Positions 44,040 to 59,526 of a stretch of DNA of 64,000 nucleotides are shown piece by piece. The position numbers and the translations under genes are program-made. The stretch comes from the human T2T-CHM13v2.0 reference genome, Homo sapiens. The DNA is taken from assembly GCF_009914755.1 (NCBI RefSeq), contig NC_060945.1; one strand, given 5' to 3'. Position 1 is the first letter of the stretch; every line of letters begins with the position of its first letter. The notes under the pieces are model-generated. The model saw only the letters and a list, made by a program, of their open reading frames with translations. It searched no databases and was not told where the DNA came from.

Positions 44040-44442
44040 GTATATATATAAAATATATATATTAAAAAATATATAAAAAATATATAAATATATATATAAA
44101 TATATATAAAAAGATATATATATAAAGTATATATAAATACATATAAAAAACTAGAAAATAAAGACATATATGTAAATATATAAAACTAGAAAATAAAGAC
44201 AAATATATATAAAACTAGAAAATAAAGACAAAATAATCACACTCATTACCCTCCCTCATCCTTAGGCAATCTGGCATGTATGATTCTCAAAATTTATATA
44301 TATGTATATATATAAAATATACATATATTTTATATGTATATATATACACATATATAATATACATATATTTTATGTACATATATTTTATATATTTTATATG
44401 TATATATACACACATATATAATATACATATATATAAAATATA
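44040..44442. repeat. (TA)-rich low-complexity tracts with a 3-copy minisatellite
   Basis: AAAACTAGAAAATAAAGACA at 44147, 44182 and 44211, embedded in TA-rich runs. Confidence 0.92.
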
Positions 44443-44447
44443 AGTAA

Positions 44448-44940
44448 GTATAGCAGTTAGCTGCTGCTTTGTAACAAATTACCCAAGGATGCAGTGGCTT
44501 AAAACAACATTCAGTTATTTAACTCATGATTAGGTGGGGCTGGGCTCATCTGATCTCGGCTGGGCTCACTTGTGCATCTGCATGTCAGCTTCTGGTTTGG
44601 TTGGGGACTGGCTCATATAAAATGGCCTCAGCAGGAATGAGTCACCTCTGCTCCACATGATCTCTCATCCTGTAGCAGGCTGGCCTGTAGCATGAAAGCT
44701 ACAGGACTCCAGAACCACTGGAGATAAGCAAGTTCTCTTGAGGTTTATGCTTGGCTCTCAAGTACTATGACGGTGGCTGCCACATTCTATGGGTCAAAGC
44801 AAGTCACAAGGCCCACACAGATTCAAGATATGGGGAAGTAGACTCCACCTCTTAATGAGAGAAGCTACAAAGTCACACTCAAAAGTATGTGCATAACAGA
44901 GAGTGAAGGATTTGGCCCATTTGTTTTGCAAGTTACTCCA
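44448..44940 (-). mobile_element. MLT1H/G-type solo LTR
   Basis: gtaacaaattaccc...cagtggcttaaaacaac...tcaaagcaagtcacaaggcc...gtagactccacctctt. Confidence 0.75.
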
Positions 44941-45235
44941 GAGAAAAAGTCAGAAAACCATTTTTGCTTTGAGTAATTCAGCTTAACTAGGAAAGTGGAT
45001 TGAGTGATCACCACATGGGAACATGCTCAGCTCTCTGCCTCCCCTTGACTACAAGATGTAGCCACAGGTTTCCTCAATGCACTCAACTGGGATACCTTTC
45101 CAGAAGTGTCTAAGAGGCTATGCATGCACTTAAAAGTTTTTGAATTGAATCTTGCACAGAATTCTCTTAGATATAAAGTTCTAAACAGAAAAGTCTTATT
45201 CTAGGCTGCAAGCCTAGCTGTCCTTTGAGAGATGT

Positions 45236-45613
45236 TGTATTAGTCCATTCTCACACTGCTCTAAGGAACTTCCCAAGGCTGGGTAATTTATAAAGGAAAG
45301 AGGTTTAATTGACTTACAATTTTGTATGAGTGGGGTGGCCTCAGGAAACTTACAATCATGGCAGAAGGCAAAGGGCAGGAAGGTACCTTCTTCACAATGC
45401 GGCAGGAGAGATAAGTGCTTAGGGAAGAGGGAAGAGCCCCTTATAAAACCATCAGATCCCATGAGAACTCACTCACTATCATGAGAACAGCATGGGAGAA
45501 ACTGCCCCCATGATTCAATGACTTCCACCTGATCTCTCCTTTGACACGTGGGGATTATGGGGATTACAATTTAAGATGAGATTTGGGCGGCAACGCAAAG
45601 CCTAATTATATCA
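45236..45613 (-). mobile_element. THE1D solo LTR
   Basis: tgtattagtccattctcacactgct ... ttgacacgtgggattatggggattacaat...tatatca. TSD GATGT/GATAT. Confidence 0.88.
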
Positions 45614-46544
45614 GATATGGTATTCACTCTTTTGGAAAAAATCAAAGGCTTTAACTTCTGCTAAAAGTTCCAAACTGGGAAGAGATGCACATATCTAAAA
45701 GCAAAGGAGAACCACTTTTGGTGAGAATTTAACTTTTTTTTCCCGGAGTAATAAATGCACATGTGTAAAATGTCAAATAGTATCAATATCAATAAGTCTA
45801 TAGTAAAAAGCAAGAGTATCTACTCAACTCCTTCTTATCCCTAAACCTGCCTACAAAAAAAATTAACCTAACTTTTAAAAATCTGCCCATATTTAGTTCT
45901 TTACAGAGTTATTTCTAAGTAACAACCTCAATTTTGTATGTCTTTAATTATCAAATTTAGGCATTATTGCCTGCAACAAGAGATGAGGACTAAATTCACA
46001 AAAGCATTTTAAATTATTTTTCTTCTTTCCTCCCAATATAGTTATATCATGGATGCTTGTTCCTTTACCGTTTTTATAATTTATCTATTTGATCAACTAT
46101 GGACAGTATCTCATGACTTTCTTCTTCTTAAAATGAGTATATGAACGCCCATCTCTTTCCTTCATGTCTCCTTTCATTTCCCTTCATACTTTTGTTTTTT
46201 TCATGGCCAAGGTTTGCAGTACATGCATTTTGTTCTGTAAACACAATTTTGCTTTGTCCTTAGGTTCAGATGGAAATAAATAACATAAAAAATGAAGTGA
46301 TAATTAATTTCATTTTGCATACATTTTGTTTTTCTTGGAGTATTTAATTATCTATCTATCTATCTATATCTATCTTGTAATGTCTGCCTTTGTCATATCC
46401 TTACCACCATGTAATATTTAAGGACATTTTCAAATACATGAAATTGTTTTTCTTCCTTTTCCCATCTTTATGGAGTCCTTTTGCTCTAACCTAATCCCTC
46501 TCTAATTCTGTTTCAGAGCTATCCTCCTGGATACAATCTACTCT

Positions 46545-47087
46545 TGTTACAGGAAAGGGTCCTGATCCAGACCCCCAGAGAGGGTTCTTGGATCTCGTGC
46601 AAGGAAGAATTCAGGGTGAGTCCCTAGAGTAAAGTGAAAGCAAGGTTATTAAGAAAGAAAAGGAATAAAGAATGGCTACTCCATAGACAGAGCAGCCCCA
46701 AGGGCTGCCCATTTTTGTGGTTATTTCTTGGTTATGTGCTAAACAAGAGGTAGATTATTCATGCCCCCTTTTTAGACCATATAAGGTAACTTTCTGACAT
46801 TGCTATGGCATTTGTAAATTGTCGTGGTGCTGATGGGAGTGTAGCAGTGAGGACAACCAGAGGTCACTCTCGTGGCCATCTTGGTTTTGGTGGGTTTTAG
46901 CCGGCTTCTTTACTGCATCCTGTTTTATCAGCAAGATCTTTATGATCTGTATCTTGTGCCCACCTCTTGTCTCATCCTGTGACATAGAATGCCCTAACCA
47001 TCTGGGAATGCAGCCCAATAGGTCTCAGCCTTATTTTACCCAGCCCTTACTCAAGATGGAGTTGCTCTGGTTCAAAAGCCTCTGATA
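46545..47087 (-). mobile_element. MER41A (ERV1) solo LTR
   Basis: The minus strand reads T.TCAGAGGC.TTTGAACCAGAGCAACTCCATCTTGA...CCTGTAACA. Length 543 bp, with a 4-bp TSD CTCT (46541-46544, 47088-47091). Confidence 0.9.
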
Positions 47088-47091
47088 CTCT

Positions 47092-48010
47092 TACTGGACT
47101 TTAAGTCCTCCTTTCTTGGTTCACTCCCTTGTTTTGCTGGAGCATGTCTTTAAATAGCTTTGTCACAAAGGTTGCCAAGGAAATAAAACCTCTGGGTTCT
47201 TGCATAATCTGTCTTCACAGCTAGTTGGTAATTTTGTTGCATATACAATTCCAAGCTGAAAATCATTTGCCTCAGAACTTGGAAGACATCCCTCTCAGTC
47301 TTGTAACATTAAGTATTGCTGGTTAGAATTTTTCAGCCAGCTTGACTCTTATCCTTTGTAAATGAACAGTTCTTACTCTACAGAGGCTTTCTGAATATTT
47401 TATTAATTGATGTATTCTGAACCTTTGTAATGATGTGTCTCAATGTGGTCTTTCTCATGCATGATGCCAGGATCAAAGGGCCATTTCAGTTCAAGGACAT
47501 GTTCCTTCTTCAGCCGTAGAAAATAACCTTCTAATATGCCTTCAAAAACTGGTTCCCTTGTGTTTGCTTTGGTCTCACTTTCTGGAATTTCTGTTAACTG
47601 TATGTTGACCTTGTAAATAGACTTTTATTATCTCTCAGTTTCTTGCATATGTTTCTATTCCTTTTTGTTTGGTTTTGTTGTCCCACTTGATAAGAAATTC
47701 CCCCAACTTTCATTGTTAAACCTTCTGTTGAATTTTGTAGTTTGCATATCTTTTTTTTTCTTTCCAAGAGATCTTTCTTGTTCTCTGATAGTCTTTAACA
47801 TCTTATTTATGTATTATCAATTTTATGTCTTCTCAAATCTCTCTGAGGACATCAATTAGGATTTTTTTAAAGTACATTTTTATTCCCTGAATTATTTGCT
47901 TCCTCCTGGGTCATTTTCTTCTGCTTGTTTACCTTGGTGTTTTTTCTTTACATTGCAGACTCCTCAAATGCCTGTTACCCAATTGTCCATTTCTATTTTA
48001 AAATACAGCA
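47092..48010 (-). mobile_element. Very old L1M/HAL1 ORF1-region fragment; probably continues in 45730-46540
   Basis: gcatatacaattccaagctgaaaatcattt...tctggaatttctgtta..gtatgttg...ctctctgaggacatcaattag. Confidence 0.6.
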
Positions 48011-48279
48011 ATTGCAAGGCTGTGAGCTTCGTGTCTGTAAATGAGGCACTTTCTGGGAAGGTTTCACTCCAGCATGAACAGGATAGAAATCAGCTGAACC
48101 CCTAGGGCCCCAGAATTCAGAGCCTGGGGACACCAGTACTCATTAGCTACTCTGCCACTCCACAGACAACTTTATTTGTTTAGTGGAGAAACCTTTGCTT
48201 TTTTGCCTGAGGGTAAACATCTGCTTATTGGCTGTACTGTGCTCATAGGGTAGGAAAGATTTTGTCATGGCTCAACCCT

Positions 48280-49242
48280 TTTTTCTTTCTTTCCGACTTT
48301 TAGGTTCAAGGGGCACATGGCGCAGATTTGTTACATGGCTCAATTGCTTGTTGCAGGGATTTGGTGTAGAGATAATTTTGTCACCCAAGTAATCAACATA
48401 GTACCCAACAGTTTTTCAATTCTTACTTTTCCTCACCCTCCACCCTCAAATAAGCGCCAGTGTCTATTGTTCCCTTCTTTGTGTCCATGTATATTCAATA
48501 TTTAGCTCCCACTTATAAGTAAGAACATGCAGCATTTGGTTTACTGTTTCTGTGTTAATTCACTTAGGTTTATGGCCTCCAGCTCCATTCATGTTGCAAC
48601 AAAGGACATGATCTCATTTTTTTATAGCTGTGTAGTATTCAGTGGTATATAGATACCACATTTTCTTTATCCAGTCCACCATTGATGGGCATCTAGATTG
48701 ATGTTATGCCTTTGCTCTTGTAAATAGTGCTTTTATAAACATATGCATTCATGTGTCTTTGTGGGAAAACAATTTATATTCCTTTGGGTATGTATCCAAT
48801 AATAGAATTGCTGGGTTAAATAGTAGTTCTGTTTTAAGTTCTTTGAGAAATCTCCAGACAGCTTTCCACAGAGGCTGAACTAATTTACATTCCCACCAGC
48901 AACGTATAAGTCCCTTTACTCTGCAACCTTGCCAGCATCTGTTATTTTTTAGTTTTTTAAATGAGAGCCATTCTGACTGGTGTGAGATGGTTCTCATTTT
49001 GGTTTTTATTTGCATCTCCCTAATGATTAGTGATACTGAGCATTTTTTCACATGATTCTTGCCCACGTTGTGTCTTCTTTTGAGAAGTGTCTGTTCATGT
49101 CCTTTGCCCATTCCAAAATGAGATTGTTTGTTTTCTGCTTGTTGACATGCTTGAGTTCCTTATAGATTCTGGATATTGGACTTTTGTTGGATGCATAGTT
49201 TGGAAATATTTTCTCCCATTTGATAGGTTGTCTGTTTACTCT
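48280..49242 (-). mobile_element. L1PA15/16-like 3' end (~1 kb, 5'-truncated)
   Basis: ORF 48749..49111 gives the L1 ORF2 C-terminus (SLIIREMQIKT...CWWECKLVQPLWKAVWRFLKELK). The 3' UTR motif ttagctcccacttataagt is present. Confidence 0.9.
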
Positions 49243-49409
49243 TGGTTAATCCTCCTACATCACACGCCTACCTTCAAAAGTGTTCTGAATTCAGGGCCTC
49301 CATGGGATTCTACTGAGCACATAGACAGCTGCAGAGTTGAGGGTCTTCCTTTCCATGATTCGTCATTCACCATCACTCTACACAGTTTTGTCTTTAGAAA
49401 ATACCTAGA

Positions 49410-49792
<383 letters not shown>

Positions 49793-50739
49793 TTATTCTC
49801 TTACTTTCCTTATAATAGCAACTTCAGAGGAAGAGATAAAAACACATACGTTCCACCTCTCATTCTAAACTGGAAGCCACTTTCTGAAGGAATCAACTTC
49901 CCAAAGAAGAATTTCATTTAGTTAATTATTCAAAAGATTCAACTAAAATAAGAAAATTCCATTCAATGACATTTTCTTGGGTATCACTTTGTTCAAAGTA
50001 CAGTGCTTGACTAACTCAGGAATTTACAAGACAGTAGGATTTGGTTCTTGCCCCCAGATAATTTATGTTCTGATAGAAATAACAGACATTTATCAACATG
50101 TTGTAACTGTACATTTGACTGTATACTGATTTTAAGAAATGAGTAAATATACCTGAGTGCCCCCAAGTATGGCTTTTAGTGCAACATTCCAATTTGGCTA
50201 CAAATATCACAACCACAACTACTGGTAGCCTTGGACCCAAGAGTATTGCGTTGTTACACAATACTGGATATTTTGCATTTCAAGAAAAAGTCTCACAATC
50301 TCTCCATATGGAGCAGTCTTTTTCTTAATGTTCATATGTTTACAGAAATGAGAACTTTGGATATTGTGAAATAAATACTGGCTAATGCCAGAGCTTCCTG
50401 CATCTCTCTCAAGACCCAGCACGAGACAAACACCTCTGTCAGATTTCCCTTGACTAATTTAAAAGCTGTGAATTCATTCTGCTTGCCCAGATTTTAAGGC
50501 TTCTATCCCTGGAATGTCACCTCCTCTTCTTTTCTGTCCTTGTGCCATTCTGTTTTTTTCAGCAACGCATACCCATTTTTCCAGACTCAGCTAAACCAGC
50601 ATGTGTCCTGCTAATTTGTCACTTTTCTTACCTTCTTTATCTCCTCAAGCAGAGATGGGTAATTCCTCCTATGATGAGACATTTACCAATCACTGACTAT
50701 TCACCTGCTCCTCCACACTTTCCAATCCCCTCCCTTTAA

Positions 50740-51000
50740 GTGGGGACATCTGGCTACTTCTGCCCATTCAGTTAGGAGCAGAAGTGGTGTGAGTAACTGC
50801 CAGGCCAATGCAATTAACTGCTAGTACAAGACCTTCCAGCTGTTTCTTCCCTGGACCTACTGACTTGGAAGCCATGTGATTTCATTAGAGTAACCATAAG
50901 ATGCAGGTAACTTAGATCCCTGAGTCTCCATGTGCAAGGGAGCTACCCTGGAGAGCTATTGGGTCTGCAGTAGAACTTATAAGCAAGAAAATACATTTGC
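50740..51000 (+). mobile_element. MLT1J/K-like fragment; a matching 3' end may lie at ~52085-52152
   Basis: ttggaagccatgtg...gatccctgagtctccatgtg...; later aagccactgag...ttgttaccacag.atagcct. Confidence 0.5.
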
Positions 51001-51004
51001 CAAT

Positions 51005-51770
51005 TAAGAAGAAAAAAGACCAACAAGTTAATAGAAAAACAGGCAGGAGAGGTCATTCACAATCACGGGTACAAGTGGTCAATAAGAAAATGAGATCATC
51101 AACTTTATTATCCATCAGAGAAATGCAAGCAAAAACCACAATGAGATACCTACATGAATAACTAAAATAAAAAAAATGACATTCCTAAGTGTTGAGAAGG
51201 CCATGGAACAACTGGAACTCTGACAACCTCCTGGATAGAATTTGAACTGGTAAAACTCCCTTGTGTAACTGGCAATTTCTAATAAAGCTAAACATATGCT
51301 TATCCCTAATCTAGAAATTTCACATCTAAGATCTTTATACCAGAACTGTGTCTAATAGTCAAAATAAGAAACAACTCAATTGTCCATCAACAGTAGATTG
51401 TAAGTATCTTGGGGTGTATCTATGCAATGAAATATTACACAGCAATAAAAAGAAACTACTTCTATCACAACACAGACGAATCTCACAAACAAGGTTGGGC
51501 AGAAGAAGCCATTTTTATGGGTATTTCATTGTAATCCTCTTTGGTAAAAGGTATGCTTTTATTTATAAAGGTCAAACACTTTTTAAAAATAGTGTATAGT
51601 ACTGCTTTGGGGATTAACGATTGGGAGAGGGCACAAATTGGGGTTTTGGGAGTGTGAAATATTTTATTTACATCTGGGTGCTGTTCACAGAAGTGTGTTT
51701 AGTTTAGGATTTGTAGGGTTAGTGATGTACATTTCAATAACACATGTATTTAAAAAAATTAAAAAAGGAA
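51005..51770 (+). mobile_element. L1ME 3' segment
   Basis: atcagagaaatgcaagcaaaaaccacaatgagatac; ggaacaactggaactct; aattgtccatcaacagtaga. Confidence 0.78.
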
Positions 51771-51928
51771 GAAAAGATAGTTCAAATATTCTTCCCTTGA
51801 GGATGTACTCAAAAGGGAAGATCTAGAGTACAGATCACTAATTCCTTGGAAACAGGGGCTGTTACCTGTTGTATTTCCAGCACCCAGTACAATGTCTGGC
51901 TCATAGTAGGTGCTCAATAAATGTTTGC

Positions 51929-52077
51929 GGGGGAAGAGAGAAGAAGAGAAGGAATAAAAGAAGGAAGGAAGGAAGGAAGAAGGAAGGAAGAAGGAAGAAA
52001 GGAAGGAAGGAAGGAAGGAAAGAAGGAAGGAAGGAAGGAAAGGAGGGAGGGAGGGAGGAAGGGAGGGAGGAAGGAAT
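51929..52077 (+). repeat. (GGAA)/(GGGA)-rich polypurine tract after an L2 3' end
   Basis: It follows catagtaggtgctcaataaatgttt (L2 end) and consists of imperfect GGAA runs. Confidence 0.93.
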
Positions 52078-53249
52078 GTAGGTTTATGTTCAAAGCCACT
52101 GAGGACTGGGGTTTTTCTTGTTACCACAGAATAGCCTAATAAGCTAACTAATAAAACTCCTCTGTGCTTCCGCAGTACCATGCAAACACATCCATTATAG
52201 CATCTATCACTACAGGAATACCTTGGACATATTTGGGGTTTCATTTCAGACCACCACAATAAAGTGAACACCTTAATAAAGGGAGGCACACAATTTTTTT
52301 TGCTTTCCCAGTGCATATAAAAGTTATGTTCACACTATACTATAGTCTCTTGAGTGTGCAATAGCCTTATGGTGAAAAGAATGATGTGCATACCTTAATT
52401 TTAAAATGTTTTATTAAAATGCTAAAAAATGCAAACAATCATCTGACCCTTCTGTGAGTCCTAATATTTTTCCTGGGGGAGGGTCCTGTCTCAACGTGGA
52501 TGGCTGCTAACTGATCAGGTTGGTGGTCACTGAAGGTTGGACTAGAGGTGACAATTTCTTAAAGTAAGAAAACAATGAAGTTTGCTTCAGCGATTGACTC
52601 TTCCTTCCACAAAAGATTTCTCTGATCCATGCCATGCTGTCTGATAACATTTGACCCATAATAGAACTTTCAAATTTGGAGTCCATTCTCTCAAACCCTG
52701 CCACTGCTTTGTCAACTAAGCTTATGTCATATTAGAAATCTTTTGTTGTCATTTCAAAAATAGTCACAGCATCTTCACCAGGTGTAGGTTCCATTTCAAG
52801 AAACCACTTTGTTTGCTCATCCATAAAAAGCAACTGGTTCAAGTTTTATCATCACGGTGCAGCAATTCAGTCTCATCTTTAGGCTTCACTTCTAATTCTA
52901 ATTTTCTTACTATTTCTACCATGACTTTAGTTATCTCCTGCACTCAAGTCTAGAACCCCTCAAAGTCATCTATAAGGGTTGGAATCAACTTCTTCCAAAA
53001 TCCTGTTAATGTTGATATTTTGATTTCCTCCCATGAATCACAGGTGTTCTTAATGGCACCTAGAAAGTTGAATAATTTCCAGAAGGTTTTCAACTGACTT
53101 TGCCCAGATTCATCAGATAAATAACTTTTACAACTATTGCCTTATAAGATATATTTGTTAAATAATAAGACTTGAAAGTTAAAATTACTCCTTGATCCGT
53201 GGGCTCCAGAAAGGATGTTGTCTTAGCAGACATGAAAACAACATTTATA

Positions 53250-53556
<307 letters not shown>

Positions 53557-54488
53557 GAAAACAACATTTATCTTCTTGTGCATCTCCATCTGAGATTTTG
53601 GATGACCAGATGCATTGTCAGTGAACAGTAATATTTTGAAAAGAATATATTATTCTAAGCAGTAGGTCTTGACAGTGGGTATAAAATATTCAGTAAATCA
53701 TGCTATAAACACTTGTGCTATAATCCAGGCTTTGCAGTTCCATTTTTTAGAGGACAGGCAGTCCATTTCATATAACTCTTAAGGGCCCTAGGATTTTCAG
53801 AATGGTCAATGAGCATTGACTTCCACTAAAAGTCACCAGCTGCCTCTCTTGCTAGCCTATAACAGAAAAATCAGCCTGTCCTTTGAAGATTCAAAACCAG
53901 CCACAGACTTTTCCTCTCTAGCTGTGAAAATCCTAGACAGCCTCTTCTTCCAATAAAAGTCCATTTCATCTACATTGAAAAATCTGTTGTTTGGTGTAGC
54001 CACCTTCATCAATGATCTTAGTTAAATCTTCTGTATAATTTGCTGCAGCTTGTCCATCGGTACTTGCTGCTTCACTTTGCACTTTTATGTTATACACGTA
54101 GCTTCTTTCCTTAAACCTCATGAACTGACCCCTGCTAGCTTCTAGCTTTTCTTCTGCAGCTTCCTTACCTCTCTCAGCCTTCATAAAACTGAAGAAGTTA
54201 GGGCCTTGCTCTGGATTAGGCTTTGACTTAAGGGAATCTTGTGGCTGGTTTGATCTTCTATCTAAACCACTAACAATTTCCCCGTATCATCAATGATGCT
54301 CTTTTGCTTTCTTATCACTTGTATGTTCACTGGAGTAGCACTTTTAATTTCCTTCAAGAACGTTTCATTTACATTCACCATTTAGCTATTTGGTGCAAGA
54401 GACCTAGCTTTCAGCCTGTCTTGGCTTTTAACATGCCTTCCTCTCTAACCTTAATCATGTCTAGCTTTTTATTTAAAATGAGAGACCT

Positions 54489-55053
<565 letters not shown>

Positions 55054-56514
55054 TCACAGATCACCATAACGTATATTATAATAATAACGTTTGATATATT
55101 ACCAAAAAATACCAAAATATGATGCAGAGACAAAAAGTGAGCACATGCTCTTGGAAGCATGGTACCTATAGACTTGCTGTATGCCAGGTTGCCACAAACT
55201 TTCAATTTATAAAAAGCATAATTGCAAAGTGCAATAAAGTGAAGCACAGTTAAATGAGGTGTGCCTGTATTCTGTCTCCCTCTCTCTCTCATAATGTGAA
55301 CTCCTTTCTGGTAGGAGCTAGTTCTTCACAACTAAAGCTGGCTCATAATAAGCACTCATTACATGTAAGTTAAATGAAGTAATTTCTCACCTTGATGTTC
55401 CAGTCACAGTGATTGATTGATTATTGAAGGAAGTGACTTCCAAGAGATCATAAATGGGAGAGGTAAACACCAGTGGATTTCCTTGGAAATATGCTGAAAT
55501 CCCACTAAAGACGTCAGCTAACCTGCTATGCTTGCAACTTGCATATGACGAAAACCTCCTTCCAGAAACACCCCAATAGCTTATCTCCATTTCTCACCTT
55601 CCAGCCCACCCTTGTAGCAAATGCTACCTTGCAAAAATGCAGCCTCTGAGGTAAGAACATTGAGCTGGGTAAGATTCCGTCAGTTCAAGATGATGAGCTT
55701 TCCTTAATACGTCCCAAAAGAAATATGAATTCCACTCCTCCTGGGCTTGCTGAACCATAGCAACCTGTCTGGGCTGCCACACGCTCTGCTCAGAAAGGCT
55801 GGAGTGCCAGGTTGGCCGCCCTTCTGCCTGTTCACAGGGAAACGAAGAAGGTTACTCAGAGAATGAGCAGCTGTAAGGTCTCCCTGAGGGGGTAGCATCC
55901 TTGGGCCTGCAGAGAATTTTGCAGCTTTTCTTTATGCATTTTTAATCAATTCTAAGCTACCTACAAATATGTGCAATTACTTTCTGCACTTCGCTTTGTA
56001 ATAAGATTTAATGACTCTGCTACAATCCTCTGAGTGAACATTGATGATCTAACTCTGTGATTTAAAATTTAGCTTTACCAAGGAGGAGGATATAAACTGA
56101 GAGAAAGGTTTTTTGAGTTTTTTTCTTCCTTTTCTTTTTCTTTCTTTCTTTCTTTTTTTTTTTTTTTTTTAGAAAATCAGAAGTTGGAAATATTTTAGCC
56201 TGCAAAATATCTCTAACACTAGAGAACAGACCATCTCATTTATTTGCCACTGCAACTGATTAAAATATAGGGGAAAAAAAGCCCTGGGCAACATAAGCTC
56301 TCTTTTTCTTTAAAACATTTTACTGATTGTAATAAACAGAGAGGCCTAGAGGCACCGAGAGAGATCGTCTAGTCTATTTGCAAGCATTTACATATGGAAC
56401 ATCCTCCAAGTGCCCTTCACAAAGAGAATTTCTCCCAACTCAATCCTTTGGAGGACTGCCTGTTTCCACCATCCTGGTATATGCTGACCAAGTTGTTCCA
56501 TTACAAATCATCAG

Positions 56515-56650
56515 ATACACAGCTAATATTTACCAAATGCTTGCTCTGTGCCAGCCACTAATCAAAGTGCCATACATCCGTAAGAGCCCCCATGAATGAC
56601 AGACATTGTCCTCCCCATCACAGATGAAGAAATGGAGGCCCAAGTAAGAC
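56515..56650 (-). mobile_element. MIR fragment
   Basis: agctaatatttacc..atgcttgctctgtgccag...ccccatcacagatgaagaaatggaggccca. Confidence 0.7.
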
Positions 56651-59077
56651 TGCATGTTCTCTTTGGGAGCATCAGAGAGCTACAATGCCCTCATTTGTTG
56701 AGAAATGGCCCATGGACACACAGGATACTGTGAATGTTGCTGCAAACCCTACAGCTTAACTTTCTATAGACACCTGCTTCCCTGCTACCAACTACCACAG
56801 TATAGAGTCTGGCTCAACTCTCTTCCTGCTTTTCCATGCAAGGACTGGGCCACCAAAGGCACTCAGGAGACTTGGCCATCCTGACCCATCCTTTGGAGTG
56901 ACTTTCCTCTAGCCGGGACTCTAGGAGGTCCTATAGTCTACCTGGGAAAGGGGGAAAAGGAAAAAAAGTCCCAAGGCCCAGTTGTCATCATCAAGTTGCT
57001 CTGCAGTCAGGTAACCAATTTAGGGGCTTGTGTTCTTTATCTAGAAGCTAAGGGGATAAGATAGAGTTCCTTAAAGATCCTCTTTCAGCTCTACTATATG
57101 TGCATTTATTTCACATTTACTGAGCGTCAACAATGTATTGGGAATTAAAGATTGCTAAGGCCTTTTCCAGGCACAAAGAAATACAAAAGTTTCTGAGTGC
57201 AATGGTAACCCTGTGACAAAAGGTTCAGGCTCAGAGCTCTTTCTTAGAGGCGCACTGGAATAAAGCAGTTTCTTGCTTCTCTGTTATACAGTAAAACTTT
57301 CTACTGCCAGAGGCTGCTTCCTCCCCTTCCCACAAGTATTCCTGCTCTAGGACGAAAACTTGGAACTATATCTCAATGAAGGACTAGATTAGTTATGGGA
57401 TCCAAAGTAACTGAAACAAGTAAAATCTGATTGGGTTTATGAGCTGCTGGGCACATAAAAGATTCACCCTTGCTCTGTGGTGCTGTGTGTTGTTCAGCCA
57501 TTGCATGTGATTTACAGCCCATCGGTAACTATTTCAATGATCAGGAACGACTCATAAAGCATGGTGAGAACTACCTATAGTTTCCGAAATGGAAATGCCA
57601 GGGAAATCCCCCTTTCACCCAAGCAGCCAGCATCACAAGGAATCCTGCCTGTTAGAAAAGAAAAGGAAATGGGACCAAACTCAGCTGATACCTGCCCATG
57701 GAGGGAGCATTTAAACCAGCCCTAACCAGAGGGAAACCGCCAATCTTAGCAGCCCCAGACTGACTTCCTGCAGACCTCACCAACGACAGCCGAAGTGCCC
57801 TGTGTCTCCAAGTAAACTTGAATGGCAATCTAGGCCATAAGGACTGCAACTCTTAGGTGAGTCCCAGTGCTGAACTAGGCCCGGAGACAGTGGACTGGGG
57901 CAGGGGCACACGACCTACTGAGATTCCAGCTGGGGCATCCAAGGCAGTGCTGGCATCACCACTCCCCTAACCCCAGGCTATATGGCTCACGGCTCCAAAA
58001 GAAACCCCTTCCTTCCACTTGAGAAGAGGAGAGGGAAGTGTGGGCAGGACTTTGTCTTGCATCTTGGATACCAGCTCAATCACAGCAGGATAGGGTGTGG
58101 GTCAGAGCCATGAGGCCCTTGTTCCAGGCCCTAGTGCCTAGATGACATTTCTAGACACACCCTGGGCCAGAAGGGAACCTGCTGCCTTGAAGGAAAGGAT
58201 CCGGTCCTGGCAGCATTTATCACCTGTAACTGAAAAGCCCTCGGGCCCTGAATAACCAACAGTGATACCCAGGAATCACATCCAGGGTCTTGGGTGAGCC
58301 TCTGAGATTTGCTGGCTTCAGGTAAGCCTCAGCACATTACCAGCTGTGGTGGCAATGGGGCAAAACTCCTTCTTCTTGAGAAAAGCAGAAGGAAAAGTAA
58401 AGAGGACTTTGTCTAGCACATTCAGTACCAGCAAGGCCACAGTTGGGTAGAACACCAGGTGGGTTCTTGGGGTCCCTGATTCCAGGAATTGACTCTTAGA
58501 CAGCATTTCTAGACCCTCCCTGGGCTAGAGGGGAGCCCATTTCTCTGAAAGGTGAGTTCTAGGCCAGGCAGAATTCACCACAAGATGACTTAAGAGCCCT
58601 TGGGTCTTAAGGGAACATTGGCAATAGCCTGGCAGTACTCCTTGTGGCCTAGAATTGGCAGTGGCTATGGGCTGAAGCTCCTCTGCCTTTAGAAAAAGGA
58701 AAGAAGAGTGGGAAGGACTGTGTGTTGTCATTTGAATGCCAGCTCAGCCACGGTACAGTAGAACAATCAGTAGACTTCTGAAGTTTTTGGTTCTAGTCCC
58801 TGACTGCTGGATGTCACTTCTGGACCCACCTGGGACCTGGGGGAATCTCACTGCCCTGAAAAGAAGGACAGAGGCCTGGCTGGCTTTGCCACCAAATCTA
58901 AGTGTTATTGGCCTTAAAGAGGAGTTAGAGAAAGAGATAGGGGTAGAAAGTTTATTCAAAGGAATAATGACAAGAACTTCCCAAACCTAGAAAAAGATAT
59001 CTACGTTCAAGTACAAGAAGGTTATAGAACACCAAGAAGATTTAACCCAAAGAAGGCTACCTCAAGATAATTAATCA

Positions 59078-59526
<449 letters not shown>

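Noticed and set aside
57517-57529. GCCCATCGGT shared with 43427-43436
   Set aside because: Many 10-mer matches are expected by chance within 64 kb.
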